Part shown: piece after piece, positions 62,211 to 64,000 of the stretch
Position numbering within the stretch: the stretch's first letter is position 1
Layout: the number at the start of each line of letters is the position of its first letter
Assembly: GCA_051047955.1 (NCBI GenBank)
Contig: JBPGPT010000008.1
Coordinates: forward strand, 186,001 to 250,000
Origin: Cystobasidiomycetes sp. EMM_F5
Lineage: Eukaryota
DNA: 64,000 nucleotides
Direction of reading: 5' to 3'
Made by a program: the position numbers and the translations under genes
The notes under the pieces: generated by a model
Database searches by the model: none
Told to the model about the DNA's origin: nothing
The model's input: only the letters and a program-made list of their open reading frames with translations

Positions 62211-64000
62211 ATGCAGATGCTCACAAAGGTGCGCACAAGGACCGATATCGCTCCCTCGTATCGCGCAGTCTCGCCGACTGACTCGGGTTTGTGCGAGCAG
62301 TTTGAGTCCAAATCCAACAGGGTCAAGGGTATAGCTATGCACAGCAAGCAGCCCCTCCTCGCAGCCTCACTCCACAATGGAAACGTCCAGCTGTGGAATT
62401 ATCAGATGGGCACCCTCGTGGGACGGCTGGATGAGCACGACGGTACGCCTTTTGGGGGTTCGAATGTGGACCCGCAATGGTCAAGGATGTGCGAAGTAAT
62501 TGTACTGAATGAGTGATTCTCAACAGGACCCGTCCGCGGAATAGCCTTCCACCCAACTCGCGACCTCCTCGTGACGGGAGGAGACGACTACAAAGTCCGA
62601 GTTTGGGGTGAATACGCGCAAACGACATGAAGCGTCTGGCTTCCTCACTGACGCGCTGTCACTCTACGCACCACAGACACCAAAGTTCAGAACCGGAAAT
62701 GCCTATACACGCTGCACGGCCACCTCGACTATGTCCGGTCATGCCAATTTCACCACGAGATGCCGTGGATTGTGCGTATTTGCGATAGCATACTTTCCTT
62801 CTTGGACGCGCAGGCTAACCTGTTCGCACTCTGTACAGCTATCCGCTTCGGATGACCAGACCATCCGCATATGGTCATTCTCATCCAGGCAATGCATAGC
62901 CATCCTTACTGGACACAACCACTACATTATGTGTGCACAATTCCACCCAAAAGATGATCTGATCGTATCTGCTTCAATGGACTCGACTGTCCGTGTGTGG
63001 GACATTTCCGGCAAGTCTGACAGTCAAAGTCTATGATTGTACTCTGGCTGATCCATGTTTTGCTGTGATATCAGGCCTTCGCAAAAAGATGACGACTGCT
63101 CAGCCAATGTCGTTTGAAGAGCAGATGCAGCGGGCCAACCAAGGCCAAGCTGATCTGTTTGGCAACACAGACGCAGTCGTAAAGTATGTGTTGGAAGGGC
63201 ACGACAGAGGCGTAAACTGGGCGGCATTCCACCCGACACTGCCGTTGATTGTTTCGTGCGGAGATGACAGACAAGTCAAGCTATGGCGAATGTCAGAGAC
63301 GAAAGCCTGGGAAGTGGATACCTGTCGTGGTCATTTCAACAAGTAAGGCACCGTATAGCATTGATGAGCCAGATGCACTGACGACGTTGTGCGTCGCAGC
63401 GTCTCAGCCGCGCTGTTTCACCCGAAACATGAGCTCATCCTGTCAGTTGCCGAGGACAAGACTATAAGAGTATGGGACATGGGCAAGCGTACATCAGTCC
63501 AGACTTTCCGTCGGGAAAACGACAGGTTCTGGGTGCTAACAGCTCATCCGGAATTGAACCTGTTTGCTGCTGGACACGACAGCGGATTGATCGTCTTCAA
63601 GCTCGACAGGGAACGACCTGCTTTCAATTTACACGGCAACATGCTCTTTTACGTCAGAGACAAGCATGTTCGCGTCAATGATCTCAACACTGGTACAGAT
63701 TCGTCGGTCGTTAGCGTTCGTAAGCTTGGGAATCAATTTACAAGCCCACGGACGCTATCATACAATCCAGCAGAGAAGGCCGTCATTGTCACGTCTGTGA
63801 GTTGTGACAGTGACACCGTCTGCAGACGGCGCGACACTGACGAAGCTCATGCCTACAGCCGTCTGACAATGGCCTGTACGAGGTTGTATCTCTGCCACGC
63901 GACACGGCTTCAGGCGAGGTCCGAGATTCGACCATCGATGGCAAACGCGGTTCCGGATCATCTGCTTTGTTCGTTGCGCGTAACCGGTTCGCAGTCCTTG
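62211..64000 (+). CDS. COP1: Coatomer subunit alpha, 5' part, runs off the window
   Basis: [92 protein letters not shown]. Confidence 0.97.

Noticed and set aside
1..64000. CRISPR arrays, operons, rRNA, tRNA, intact transposons
   Set aside because: The DNA is intron-rich and eukaryotic. No repeat-spacer array, transposase/RT motif or cloverleaf was seen by eye. Small ncRNAs could have been missed without tRNAscan/cmscan.

Overview
Gene-dense eukaryotic (fungal) chromosomal DNA. Short spliceosomal introns with CTRAC-type branch points, varied donors (GTGAGT, GTACGT, GTGCGT, GTGGGY, GTCAGT) and the protein sequences point to a basidiomycete, possibly Pucciniomycotina (inference). About 28 protein genes, mostly housekeeping: JmjC oxygenase, DPBB/expansin-like protein, MED27, SmD3, PASK-like kinase, Rad26/ATRIP-like protein, cyanamide hydratase, RRM protein, SPT20, dynactin p62, MSS4-type PIP5K, INCENP, a 5'-nucleotidase-family phosphoesterase, Get5-like UBL protein, UGGT and the 5' part of alpha-COP. 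No rRNA, tRNA, CRISPR array or intact transposon was recognised. Most notable: (1) a disordered protein with about 15 GW motifs, a candidate Argonaute-hook scaffold (51786-54296); (2) five intronless co-oriented F-box/LRR-like paralogues, one a recently duplicated and decaying copy (28.1-38.1 kb); (3) a putative kinase 5' leader with hairpins, an almost AG-free intron and an overlapping uORF; (4) a membrane-anchored SGNH protein lacking the catalytic His; (5) two probable GC-AG introns and several promoter motifs. All gene models were spliced by eye and no database searches were run.
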